Origin: Antedon mediterranea
Lineage: Eukaryota; Animalia; Echinodermata
Direction: 5' to 3'
Assembly: GCF_964355755.1 (NCBI RefSeq)
Contig: NC_092672.1
Coordinates: forward strand, 23,511,237-23,575,236
Length of the DNA stretch: 64,000 nt
The notes under the pieces were generated by a model, which ran no database searches, was not told where the DNA came from, and saw nothing but the letters and a program-made list of their open reading frames with translations. Both the position numbers and the translations under genes were made by a program. Below are positions 1 to 12,200 of this stretch, in pieces; positions within the stretch are counted from its first letter, which is position 1; every line of letters starts with the position of its first letter.

Positions 1-527
1 TTTTGTCAAATTTTCTTCAAATTATTCGCTGTTCTACTCTAAAAATGTATTACTGAACTATAAAATTTATTTTAAAGTGAGTATTTAATTTGGAAAAATT
101 TGAAGGAAAATGTTGGATTCATCCAAATTGTGGTCTTTGATCTCTAATTAGAGGGCGGCAACAGCTAATGGTAGAAAATAGGTGATCATCTGGCTTTAAA
201 TTAGATTGAGCTTTTAATTAAAGGAGTCTTTAATAGAAGGAAGACCTGTATAGTACTAACAACCATTGAAACATGTGTCTACTATTAATTCACTTACCAG
301 CAGGTTCTGAGAGAGGATTAAGCAAAACAAGATCATCTGTATTGATCCAATCTGTTTGAGTACACAGCACTGGATAGCCAGCATGACCACGTATCACAAC
401 CTCCTAGACAATGAAGTTACAAGCAATATTTAAAATACATTATATAGAATACTTAGTAGCAAGGTTGGGTTGTTGACATAGATGGTATGCTTCCCTCCCC
501 TCCTTACCTCACAATTATATTTTGTGT

Positions 528-1056
528 CTATAATCTTGCCATCACTAAAACATGAATCAACACACGCTGGAACCCAAACCTCTTACCTGGCCATTAGATT
601 TAGTGACTATAATCTTGCCATCACTAAAACATGAATCAACACATGCTGGAACCCAAACCTCTTACCTGGCCATTAGATTTAGTGACTATAATCTTGCCAT
701 CACTAAAACATGAATTAACACATGCTGGAACCCAAACCTCTTACCTGGCCATTCGATTTAGTGACTGTAATCTTGCCATCACTAAAACATGAATTAACAC
801 ATGCTCGAACCCAAACCTCTTACCTGGCCATTAGATTTAGTGACTATAATCTTGCCATCACTAAAACATGAATTAACACACGCTGGAACCCAAACCTCTT
901 ACCTGGCCATTAGATTTAGTGACTGTAATCTTGCCATTACTAAAACATGAATTAACACACACTGGAACCCAAACCTCTTACCTGGCCATTAGATTTAGTG
1001 ACTGTAATCTTGCCATCACTAAAACATGAATTGATATGCTCGAACCCAAACCTCTT
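528..1056 (-). repeat. 79-bp tandem array derived from the MYO19 exon 2 3' end + donor (6 donors)
   Basis: Period 79 (528, 607, 686...). On the minus strand the unit reads ...[25 protein letters not shown]|gtaag. Confidence 0.9.
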
Positions 1057-1425
1057 TTTCATCATGTATCCACACCATTAACCCCTGAAAGTACAGTAAA
1101 CAGTTCATTATTCAATTCAATCAACTTTAATTATCCACAATCTGATTCTTTTGGTTGTGGCAGACTCACAAATGTAAATAAACATTTAAAACAAATGTTT
1201 AAAATACACATGTATACAAATTATTGCTAAAGAGTAATTTTTGTAAAGTCTAACACTAACAGCTTTCAGAATAAATTATTTTCTGTAGCGCTCAGTACAT
1301 GTCTTTCTGAAGAATTCATTTGGAGCATTGAGGATTAATTAATATGTATTGAAAAGAGGATGTGTTTCATTTTGAAGGATCTAATAGTAATTATTCTGTA
1401 TATAATTCTTTATGTTAAAACCATT

Positions 1426-1646
1426 CATGAATACGTACATGTGCGATGTTTCAACTTGTTTTTAACAAGTCAGGCAATGACTATTTGTAATAGTCTGTGA
1501 TTTTCCGAAGTTCTTTGCCTTTTTAGGGGGCGCTAATCTACAACTAGCAAAGCTACAGTACTCCTAGCAACTACTAACATCTAGTCAGTTGCCAGATGAA
1601 GACTTATTAAAAACAAGTTGAAACGTTGCACAATGTACGTATTATT
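1426..1646. mobile_element. Penelope-like remnant: two inverted terminal segments with a degenerate minimal hammerhead (copy at ~51218-51445)
   Basis: Inverted arms aatacgtacatgtgcgatgtttcaacttg / caagttgaaacgttgcacaatgtacgtatt. The right arm reads TGC-CAGATGA-A-GACTT..AAGTT-GAAA-CGTT-GCA. Confidence 0.55.
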
Positions 1647-2526
1647 TTTAAACAATCTACTGACTTAAAGAAGGGCTAGACAGATGGAATTAGTAAATTA
1701 ACCAGCCAATGTGTGGGCAACCATTTCATTCCATGTTTTAATACCCTAATGAATAACTGTGACAAGTGTCAGAATGTTCACTTCAGGTCTACTAAAAGTA
1801 GGCCTACTATGCATGACAGAGAGAATATCAACAGCATTTTCCTTTACCTTTTTAAAACGACATGCTGGTTTCTTTTTAACTTGGGATGGAAAGCATCTAG
1901 GCCTAGATTTAGTAATAATCTGAAAAAAATAGCGAAATTCAAAATTTTTACAAACAAATTTTTATGAACATATAACCACTTGTGACCTACAGTAGCCTAG
2001 CTAGGAATTTAAATGGTTAGCAGAAAAGTGTAGTCGGTCTGATTTGATTTGAATTGATTAGAAAATCATCATAAAAAATACATACAAAAGAAAGTGATAA
2101 CATAAATTACTGACATTACAAATAATACAATTATAAAAGATTTTGCAGGATAGCTCAAAAAGCTTAGGCCTAAATAACCATTCATCCCTTATAGTACCAA
2201 ACAAATATTGACCAGAACCAGCAATCAGCAACGCTCCATACCGAACACCCGATTTTATCGGAACCAAAATAAAACGTTATCGATTTTACCATTATATATC
2301 AAACATAAAACTACCGCATTGGGCCCTGCGCTAATATGATCGGGCCCAGCAAATGAGACGATAGAGACCAAACTGGTTCCTAACACATGAGACGATCGGG
2401 CCAACGCATGAGACGATTGGGACCACGTTTTCTGGGCCCAAGACGATCGGGCAGCAAATAAAAACAATTTACTGTGATAACCGGCCTAGACTTAGGTTAG
2501 GCCTAATATAGTAATAATACGATTTT

Positions 2527-3322
2527 GATCCAAGTCGGCCCTAAACCATCTCGGGCAAAGTCAAGTCGGCCCCAAGTCAAGTCGGCCCGTAGTCAAGTCG
2601 GCCCCAAGTCAACTCGGCCTCAAGTCAACTCGGCCAAAAAAATAATCGGTCAACTCGGCCCCATTAAAGTATGGAACGCAAAAAGTGCAAATGAAGGGGA
2701 TTGATAAAATAATATTTCTTCAAAATTTTTTAACTATGAATAATTCTGACTTTTAATGAATATTAATATTTAGACAATAATATATTTAGCAAAAAAAATA
2801 GGAATGATTTCACCAAATTTCCTTTATTTACGTTTAATAAAATTTCAAATTGCACAATTGAAAACACTTCGTAGCTGCGCCTCCCTGCGCGTTTGGCAGC
2901 TTTTTCGATATCTACAACTGCTATGTGTTTTCGCTGACCGGGGGATTCCCCTTTTTTAAAAACGCAAAGCATGGACAAAAACGATGTACGATCATTTTTT
3001 CTATGGCCAAATGTGATGAAACGTAGGCCTCCGTCCGTAACACGCGGATACTTCTATTCATATCGGCAATGAGTTCATTTTTTTATATGATATTATTTAA
3101 TTATATTATATTTTTTATTTCTTCATTTTTTAGAGTGGATAGGCCTAAGCCTAGTAATAATCATAATAACATTAAGTACTTTTTGCGTTCCATATTTTAT
3201 TGTGGCCGAGTTGACCGATTAGTTTTTGGCCGAGTTGACGTGAGGCCGAGTTGACTTGGGGCCGACTTGACGTGGGGCCAACTTGACTTTGGCCGAGACG
3301 GTTGGGGCCGACTTGACCTGCA
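2527..3322. mobile_element. Non-autonomous DNA transposon (MITE) with subterminal CAAGTCGGCCC repeats; copy at ~52380-53220
   Basis: Arrays of aagtcggccc at the left end and gggccgactt at the right end, in inverted orientation. Confidence 0.7.
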
Positions 3323-3403
3323 CCCAATAATACCCTACCCAGGCCTACCTACCTAGCCTAGCTAGGCCTAGAGGCTACTCTAGGGCCAGGCTATAGTAGT
3401 ATA

Positions 3404-4158
3404 TAGGGCGCTACTGCAGTTTCGCACCACACCGTTATATCTTTGATTTCTCACCAAAACTTTCCTTTTTCAAACTCACAACATAATATTATGCAACATG
3501 TTTATACGATTCGACCACTTACGAAGTAATTTTTTTTAAATAACAATACTTTTCAAACATTTTAAACCATACTGAACTCGCTGTCAACACACTGCGAAAT
3601 GTTCGCCATCTTATTATATTTATCACTTAATTGCCAGAATGTATGCTTCATTTTCCCCAAAAAAATGTAGAAACTATAGAAGGCAGTGTTATAAAATCCG
3701 ATTACACAATATATATAGGCTTATTTAGTTTTGAAAGGCAAGAATGTTTTCAGCTGGCGAAATAGAGGTTAAATTAATATTTCATTATTAGTATTATTAT
3801 TCATATTAAAAGGTCCTTATGTACGGACTCATATCGTCGCCGTTTTGATATGTACAGCTGGTTCGTTATAAAAACCACTCTTTGCAGTTTAAAAATAAAA
3901 ACAGAAAATAAAACATACATTGATTTCTGCTCTGGCAATTTTCTGATTCTAAAATGGCCACAGTTCGATCAAAGTATTCGCGGAAAAAGAGCGGTTTTGA
4001 AAGGCATTTTTTATTGTGATAAAGGTAATATAGTGGTGGCTAAATCATGGGAACATGTTACAGAATGGCCCAAAACTGTATGATGTGGGTGTGAGAAAAA
4101 AAATTAAGCGAGAAGTCGAAGATATAACAGTGTGGTGCGAAACTGCAGTGGCGCCGTA
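3404..4158. mobile_element. MITE with ~50-bp TIRs in a TA context, copy A only
   Basis: tagggcgctactgcagtttcgcaccacac ... gtgtggtgcgaaactgcagtggcgccgta. Absent from copy B. Confidence 0.75.
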
Positions 4159-4277
4159 TATAGGCCTAGCCTAGCCTAACTGGGGCCTAGCTAGGCCTAG
4201 AGGCTAGGCCTAGCTAGATTTATTGCACCTGACCTTACTTTTTTGCCTACTGGAATGTAATTATTGCTTTTTTCCAT

Positions 4278-4521
4278 CAAAATAGTTGTCATTTTGATAG
4301 GCGCGCCTCCTCTCACTTCCCCAAAACCAACAGTTCCTTTTTTTTTTTCAAAAACACCGCCGCGCGCCACCTATAATAAAGTATCTAATAAAAAAATAAA
4401 AAAAAAACCGCTGTGTACCGCCCTCTCTGTTATGACTCGGTGACCTTAAAATAAACAACAGCTATTTAATTACACATGTTTTTTGCTATGATTTTTGCTG
4501 GCGATCAATCAATCAACAAGA
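4278..4521. promoter_or_regulatory. Duplicated MYO19/OGFOD2 bidirectional promoter
   Basis: Near-identical to 56230-56470. A ~95-bp deletion removes the OGFOD2 start region. Confidence 0.55.
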
Positions 4522-6911
4522 TATGTTTGTAGCTGTTACTACACCCATAACATATTTTTACCTAAGTTTAAACTGCATGTGACGTATATAGATGATAAAA
4601 TATTTGCTGATATTTGGAAACCGGTAAAACCTGTTGCTGCCAAATCTTCTTTGTACTAGGCCTAGGCCTAGTTGTTGATAGCCGAGTGGTTAGGACACTT
4701 GACTGTCATACAGATAGACCCGGGTTCAATTCCCGACAACTCCCAGTCCACTCAGCTGTAAATGAGTACCTGGTTGAAAATACTAGGGAGAAAAAAGGCG
4801 GCGTAGAAAGGAACTGGCCACCCTACCACATAATGCCGAGGCTTAGTACAATGAGCTCCTAACAGCTCATTCCCCTACGTTCAGAGAACACGGGACTCAC
4901 CTTTACCTTTACTAGGCCTAGACAGCAGAACCTGGTCTGGTCCTAGTTAAGTAGAACTAGTAGGCCTGTCTAAACTAACCCTACCCTAGACCTAGGCCTT
5001 TATTTTGGAAATTAGATTTTTTCCGCTGTAGCCATACTGAAAACTTTACATATTATATGAATTTATGATATAGGCCTTAGTCTAGGGTATGCAGTATTTT
5101 TATAATTTACATGCACAGGTCAAAATTAACAAATTATGCATTATGATGGTACAGTACGGTAGTACTGTAGTTTCCATAAGTGCTCCGTTTAAGCACTGAG
5201 TGAGTACATAATTATATGGTATGTAATTTAAATGTGAATGGGAAATAGAGAGAAACAAGCTTCAAATTGGAGCTACTGTATAGTACATATAATATTAATA
5301 ATAAAATGTGAATTGTTTGTGTATACTATTATTTTGTAGATTATTAAAAACAAAGGGTGTGACAATGAAGAAGGATTCACAGACGTTCTGAGAGTCGTAA
5401 GTAATTGATGTTTTAATTTATGTAATTATGTTAAGTTATCTGGCTGATAATGGTACAAGTAGCAAAATACAGTTCATGTGTGTGTTGTAGCAGAATACGG
5501 TACCTGTATAGCAGAATATGGTACATGTGTAGCAGAATACGGTACATGTATATCAGAATACGGTACCTGTGTAGCAGAATACGGTACCTGTGTAGCAGAA
5601 TAGTGTACATGTGTAGCAGAATACAGTACATGTGTAGCAGAATACGGTACATGTGTAGCAGAATACGGTACATGTGTAGCAGAATACGGTACCTGTGTAT
5701 CAGAATACGGTACATGTGTAGCAGAATACGGTACCTGTGTATCAGAATACGGTACATGTGTAGCAGGATACGGTACCTGTCTAACAGACAATTTTCCCTT
5801 TTTGTCAATAAACTCTTCTAGGAATAAAACAGAATTTGGCTCATGCAGACAATTTTCCTCATAGTGGGACATTCAAATGCAAAACTATATTTTCTTTATT
5901 TTATTTCATACCATTAAACACATGTTATCTCACTAACAATTCATTTCAGGTTAAAACAGAAGTAGAACGTAGAAAATCACTTGGCCGAGATTATTTAAAG
6001 AGAAAAGAGACAATTTTAAAATATTACACACCACTCAATCAAGAGATATACAAACTACAGGTATGGAATTAAGTAGTTAAAAAAATGAAATAAATATTTT
6101 ACCGGTTAACTACACCTTGCTGATGGAATACAACTATGAATGCATGTCTGATTTTGTAAAGACCAACTATTACAACAAATGTTTAGCTTGACTACTACAA
6201 CTGACAAGGACAACTTCCCCTTTAGTTATATGTTTAGTTAAATATCTTGACTAAAAATATTTGAAATAGTTGGAAAGTTTTACTTCTTTATGGTATTATA
6301 TTTTCTCGTTGAGATTGTTATAGATTTCATTTCTGAGCCTAAAATTTCTGAAGTTGGTTGAACATAGCAAGCAGAAAAATGCATCAATGCAAAGTTTGAT
6401 AAAACTCATGAGTACTGAAAAAGGTTTGTTGATAGTTGACCTATTGTAATCAAATTCTATAAAAAATTAGTAAAGGAGTCTAACTTAAATAACTGTACAT
6501 TGTGAAGCTCATTCTGCCATGGAACAGTAATCGAAAAAGATAAAAATCAAAGCTATACACTAGTAGAGCAAGCTTTCCTATATGATTAAAACTATTTGAC
6601 GAAAAGGCATATTTCAAACACATTAAAGGAAAAGTTAAGCACACAAAAAATGGCAAAATTACATGTTTTTGCATTGTTATTTTGTGAACAATGGATGTTC
6701 TATAACTCAAAATGGCATTCAAAAACTTGCATATTTACTGTAATTACGTTTTATGTTTCACATTTAACTGTTTTTTTTTTATGTAGGAGAGCGTATTTAC
6801 TCTTTTCCAATATTTACTGAAGAGTTTTGTAATTCATTTAAAGAAGAAATAGAACATTTTGAAAACACAGATTTACCAAAAGGAAGACCAAATACAATGA
6901 ACAATTATGGT
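4522..6911 (+). CDS. OGFOD2: OGFOD2 exons 1-5 only (4522-4623 with start codon deleted, 5340-5396, 5950-6060, 6324-6423, 6787-6911); catalytic 2OG-Fe(II) exons not found
   Basis: Translation YVCSCYYTHNIFLPKFKLHV...IIKNKGC...EVERRKSLG...RIYSFPIFTEEFC...EEIEHFENTDLPKGRPNTMNNYG matches the OGFOD2 N-terminus as recalled (C-x-C, EVERR, PKGRPNTMNNYG). Splice phases are consistent. The first surviving in-frame ATG is at 6387. Confidence 0.85.
4672..4910 (+). mobile_element. tRNA-derived SINE in OGFOD2 intron 1, copy A only
   Basis: A box tagccgagtggt, B box ggttcaattccc, central cagctgtaaatgagtacc and aactggccaccctacc, tail cctttaccttta. Flanked by an actaggcctag duplication. Absent at 56690-56730. 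Confidence 0.8.
5482..5781. repeat. 21-bp minisatellite (gtagcagaatacggtacatgt) ~14 copies
   Basis: Direct tandem repeat in OGFOD2 intron 2. It explains three spurious repetitive ORFs. Confidence 0.95.
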
Positions 6912-7030
6912 GTAAGTGTGGCTACCGTATATGCCCTGCTTTGCATAAACTAATCAAAAACCCCACCTCAAATATTAACTCCCCTACCCCATTAACATCA
7001 TTTGGTATAAATGCCCCTCATAAACATTAG

Positions 7031-8640
7031 TAGGGTAGGAAGGAGGGGTTACCGTGCACCCCCATGATGTATTTTTTTAATGTACATTTTTGTAATCCTG
7101 AATATATATAATTAACATTTTTTGATGTTCCCAAGACGAAATATTGTCCCATGGGGTCTTTTGGGGGCCATTTTGGTGGCCATCTTGGATTTATCAAAAT
7201 CATAAATATAGACGGTACTTGACAAAGACTGATCATAGAGGTCTGATTTTGGTCTTAAATTGTTCAGAATATGCACATTTCTATGTACTATAATGAAAAG
7301 TTTTCGTTCAAAATGGCCGTAAATGCCACTTTTGACCTTTGACCTTGTTTTTACATAAGGGTCATATCTTGGTAACCCCTGGTCATAAAGATTTTATTTT
7401 TATCTTAAATTGTTCAGAATATCCATATTTATATTAGCTTTAATGGAACATATTTTTGAAATTTGACAGGAAATATCATTTTTGACCTTTGACATTATTG
7501 CATAACGATTTTCGCAATAATTTAGACTATTTTTGTATTTTGTGACAATTGTAACAAAAGGTGTGTACACACTATAACAAAAGGTGTGTACACACTATAA
7601 CAAAAGGTATGTACACACTATAACAAAAGGTATGTACACACTATAACAAAAGGTATGTACACACTATAACAAAAGGTGTGTACACACTATAACAAAAGGT
7701 GTGTACACACTATAACAAAAGGTGTGTACACACTATAACAAAAGGTGTGTACACACTATAACAAAAGGTGTGTACACACTATAACAAAAGGTGTGTACAC
7801 ACTATAACAAAAGGTGTGTACACACTATAACAAAAGGTATGTACACACTATAACAAAAGGTACGTACACACTATAACAAAAGGTGTGTACACACTATAAC
7901 AAAAGGTGTGTACACACTATAACAAAAGGTGTGTACACACTATAACAAAAGGTATGTACACACTATAACAAAAGGTGTGTACACACTATAACAAAAGGTG
8001 TGTACACACTATAACAAAAGGTGTGTACACACTATAACAAAAGGTGTGTACACACTATAACAAAAGGTGTGTACACACTATAACAAAAGGTGTGTACACA
8101 CTATAACAAAAGGTGTGTACACACTATAACAAAAGGTGTGTACACACTATAACAAAAGGTGTGTACACACTATAACAAAAGGTGTGTACACTCTATAACA
8201 AAAGGTGTGTACACACTATAACAAAAGGTGTGTACACACTATAACAAAAGGTGTGTACACACTATAACAAAAGGTGTGTACACACTATAACAAAAGGTGT
8301 GTACACACTATAACAAAAGGTGTGTACACACTATAACAAAAGGTGTGTACACACTATAACAAAAGGTGTGTACACACTATAACAAAAGGTGTGTACACAC
8401 TATAACAAAAGGTGTGTACACACTATAACAAAAGGTGTGTACACACTATAACAAAATGGCATGTTTTTTTGTTTAGTAATGTATGAAATATTTATTTTAG
8501 ATGCCCCACGGTACAGAGGGTTACTTGTAAATTTAAAAATTGGTGAACATATGAAAAATTGACATAATTCGTTTTTGCTTTAGCGTACATTCTAGGCTCC
8601 CCGACGAGGGGGTTAGATTGTAGTAATTTAAAGCAAAAAA
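7031..8640. mobile_element. Probable DNA-transposon remnant hosting the 23-bp array, in the OGFOD2/ROCO junction intron
   Basis: Recurrent tttgacctttgac, ggccattttgg and aaattgttcagaatat motifs typical of non-autonomous elements. Ends are not well defined. Confidence 0.35.
7552..8456. repeat. 23-bp minisatellite (ataacaaaaggtgtgtacacact) ~39 copies
   Basis: Highly homogeneous tandem array. Each unit holds the palindrome GTGTGTACACAC. Confidence 0.97.
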
Positions 8641-9240
8641 ATAGTAAAATTGGCTGCTAGTCAGTGGGTTTTTGCTTGAATGTAACCATTTATTTTGTCA
8701 TTTTATAAGTGACCAATTTATTTATTTTTTCATTTTTTTTTTCATCTTTCATGTTTTTTTGTGGGACAATACATCTTTAATGAAATTGTTGTTAATATAA
8801 AAGTTGCTTTCAAAAGACATCAGACCTCCCAACTCTCTCCCTAAAATACAATTTATTTTGGATTAACCAACAAAATATCCAAAGTTGTTAAAAAAAATGT
8901 TACTACTCTAGAAATAAACTGAACGTAAGATATTCATGGATTGTTTAATAAGTTAAGTAATAAGTTTGCCATGTTTACTATTATAAATAATAAGTGTTCT
9001 TGGATTGGATGTATTTTTTTTGTAAGTAAATATTATAGCACCCCTCTATAGTGTGGACATGCTTTTATAAAATCTTCCAATATTTCTAAGTTGGGAAGTC
9101 CAAAACTTCTGTATAATGGTTATCTTCTAAATTATATTAAAATTAGAGCATAGCATTTTATATTTGTATAGAAGCCTTTACCAGTGACATTGCTTTAAAT
9201 CTTAATTACTTTACAGATTCACATTTTTATTTCTTGCCAG

Positions 9241-12200
9241 GAAAAGTCACGCCCAAGTAAGAGAGACAGAAAGTACAAAGGAATAACATTTCCTGGTATA
9301 AATTGGGGGAAAAAAATTTTTCGTCAAAAGGTAAGTTTTTCTCTAATCAGTTTATTGAGTTTGGTGATTTACGAATTGATTTAGAAATAAATATTCATGT
9401 ACATTTTGATAAACTAAATGTATGTTTTTTAGTTCAAAACTACCACAAACAGCAAAAACACCACAAATAGTGGTAAGTTCATTTTATTTTTCTAACAGCT
9501 ATACAATGTCAAGTTAACTCAGTTCATCTAATAGATAAATTATGATTTTCTTATACTTTATTTTGTATTTAATCAAATTTTAGAGGTGAATACTGAAACA
9601 CCTGCAAAAGCTAAAGATGTGAGTACTACAATATAGCATTTGTTGACTGTTCTATTTAACTCAACTCTACCTCCTCAAAAAGAATAATCCATCTTTCTTT
9701 CAACTCACAAATTCATTACTTGTATACTGTTTAAAATGAGGAATTAAATCTATTATACTTTTAACATTATAGCCCTGGCGAAAGAACAGTGTTTAACTTT
9801 TCCTTATTCTATTAAGATCCAGCCAATGATAACCATTGACAGTAATTTGCCTTCGAATTTATATACTTACTTTTAACATGGTATATAACATTACACTGAT
9901 ATGAATGGTTCAGAAAGTAAAACATTTACCTCTATGTTATTTATATAATATTTGTTATTTTTATTTCTTGTGCATCAGGTTAGCAAGAAATCAACTGCAG
10001 AAGGTAAGTGTGTAATTAACTTAAATTCTTAATACGTTAATTGTGCAATTATAAAATAATGGAACATGCTGAGTGAATAATAATAGAATTAGTGAATGAT
10101 AAAAATGATGATTCACAAATAATAATAATAAAGTTGATAAAATTAACAGTGAAAGTGTTTACTACAATGAATCAAGATAGCCTTTCTACCCAAAGAAGAA
10201 CCATTTAATCACTTTTTACATCTTTTCTTGTTATTTTAGGTTTAATTAGTTTTATCTTTTAAACATTTTAATTGTAGAAAAAGTGATTTACTGAAATATT
10301 GTTGCTACAGTATATAAGTGCATTATAAATTTATTTTTTATCTTATATAAATATCATGTGTAATATTTTACTGAAATGAGAAAGAGGTAGATCACTATTA
10401 TTCAAATTGTCATTTAAGTGCAATAATGTTAAAAACAAAAACCAAAAATTAGGGTGAGACCACGAAACACAACCAAAAAAATGAACGTAAAGATATAATG
10501 ATAAAGATAATGACAACAGAAAATTACCACAGAGAAGATGTCATTGATAATAGTAAGATTTAGACAAATTATAATAGTTGTAGAGATGATAATGATGATA
10601 TATTCAATGTCTATTATCTTTTTACATATATTTAGTCTATTTGATTTGTAAACAATATTTTTTAAACATTTTTCCCGTTGATTAATAAAGGAACTGAAGA
10701 TGCATCATTGAATGTTCAACAATCGTTGGATAAATATATTATTCAGGAAATTTTTTCAAAGCAAGAAGTAAAACAGTCTCCTTTGGAAACTTTTAACATT
10801 TGGGATCACGGGGGACAGTTAATCTATCAAGGAATACATCAGGTAAGTTTTGGACATTTTGTAAGTTTGTATGGTCTATTGTTTGTGTATTAACAGTTTT
10901 AATGCCTAATTATGGCAGTATCTTATCTGTATCACATGGATAGGATTCTGCTGTGTGTAGATAGGTGGGAACATGCCCACTGTAAAGATTGTTGTTTAGG
11001 CCTTCCACCTATCTTAATGTTAACAGATTACCCAAAAAACCTCTTTGTATCTCTTCACACACCCAATCTATAAGTTTTGCAAGCTATCCCTAGACTTCTC
11101 TCACTACATATATGTGAAGTGAATTTGAAGAGCTTTTTCTCTATTTAGCACTCTGAACTATTTCTAAAGTTTACTTTTCTTTATTCTAATATATTTGTAT
11201 TCTATTCACATTATTTCTATATTGCTGTTTTAAGAGATAAGTATTTCTTTGATGATATGCGTTCTATATGTTCTGGATATATTTATTGATTTTAGAAAAC
11301 ACTGCATTCTATTACATCAGTAGGCTTTACTATCCTTGTCAAATAGTTTATAAATAATTGTTTTTATTTTGTATGCAGATCTTTGTGACATCAGAGGCAG
11401 TTTATGTTGCTGTCTTTGATTTAAGTAAAGACCTCGATGATCCTGCATTAGTAATAGATCCCAATGGGGTAAGTATTTCAGGGGTATTAGATTAGATTAG
11501 ATGTTGTTGGCAATCTCATTCATTGGTTAAAAGTAAAATGCATTCATTGCATTGCAATGTAGCTGTGTCAAAGAATGTCATACTTACTTTTATATATATA
11601 GACTAGTGCTGTTCCACCGTACCACATCGACAATGTTAAAGAGTCACTATCCAATCAAGTTTGAACAATACCATGAAAGCCCCAGTGCTCTAATGGTTAA
11701 AGCAGAAGGTTCCGGTTTCGAGTCTCGGTTGGGAAGATTTTTTCTCATTCTCGCAGATTTCCTCATCTTATCATTTCAAATTAATTAATTCAATTTCAGT
11801 ATATCACCGGGTGGTTTAGAATTTATTCTGTGCCTGTAATGTTTATATGTATATATGTATATAATAACATAAAGTTGAAATTATACGATTTTTATTTGGT
11901 ACTAAAATAATATACAATTTCTTATAGATTTTTATTATTTGAAATTAAATTATTTTTTACAGCAAGAACATGAACATCATTGGACAAATCGTCAGTTTTT
12001 ACTGTCTTCGATCCTGTCAGTTTATTCCCATAGTCGTATATTGGGACAGAATATTGAGAAGGAAGTAAATTTACCTGCTATCCTTGTTGTTGGCACACAC
12101 AAGGCAAGTCTGGGAGAAACAGAAGAAGAACAAAATAAAGAGGTTAGTAATAATCTAGGATAGGTTTGTGTTTACAGTTAATACAAAGCTTAAAATATTT

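Larger units (their letters stand above)
298..4277 (-). pseudogene. MYO19: Duplicated 5' part of MYO19 (exons 1-3: 4239-4277, 982-1084, 298-403), continuing beyond the window start; exon 2 is frameshifted
   Basis: Near-identical to exons at 56191-56229, 50814-50918 and 49421-49526. Exon 2 is 103 nt instead of 105 (ttgatatgct vs ttaacacacgct), giving ...WVRAYQFMF*. Skipping this exon would keep the frame, so pseudogene status is not certain. Confidence 0.7.
1..5080 (+). repeat. Segmental duplication, copy A (paralog of 49121-~56890)
   Basis: Position 1 'ttttgtcaaattttcttcaaattattcgct' equals 49121. The copies are colinear to ~5080/56890 apart from copy-specific indels and TEs. Confidence 0.95.

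Noticed and set aside
4672-4740. Possible tRNA gene
   Set aside because: It has A/B boxes but no complete cloverleaf, and it continues into a SINE body and tail.
5431-5872. Three overlapping repetitive ORFs
   Set aside because: They are a by-product of the 21-bp minisatellite inside OGFOD2 intron 2.
7552-8456. CRISPR-like regular array with a palindromic unit
   Set aside because: There are no unique spacers and no cas genes, and the context is eukaryotic. It is a head-to-tail minisatellite, as are the other arrays.
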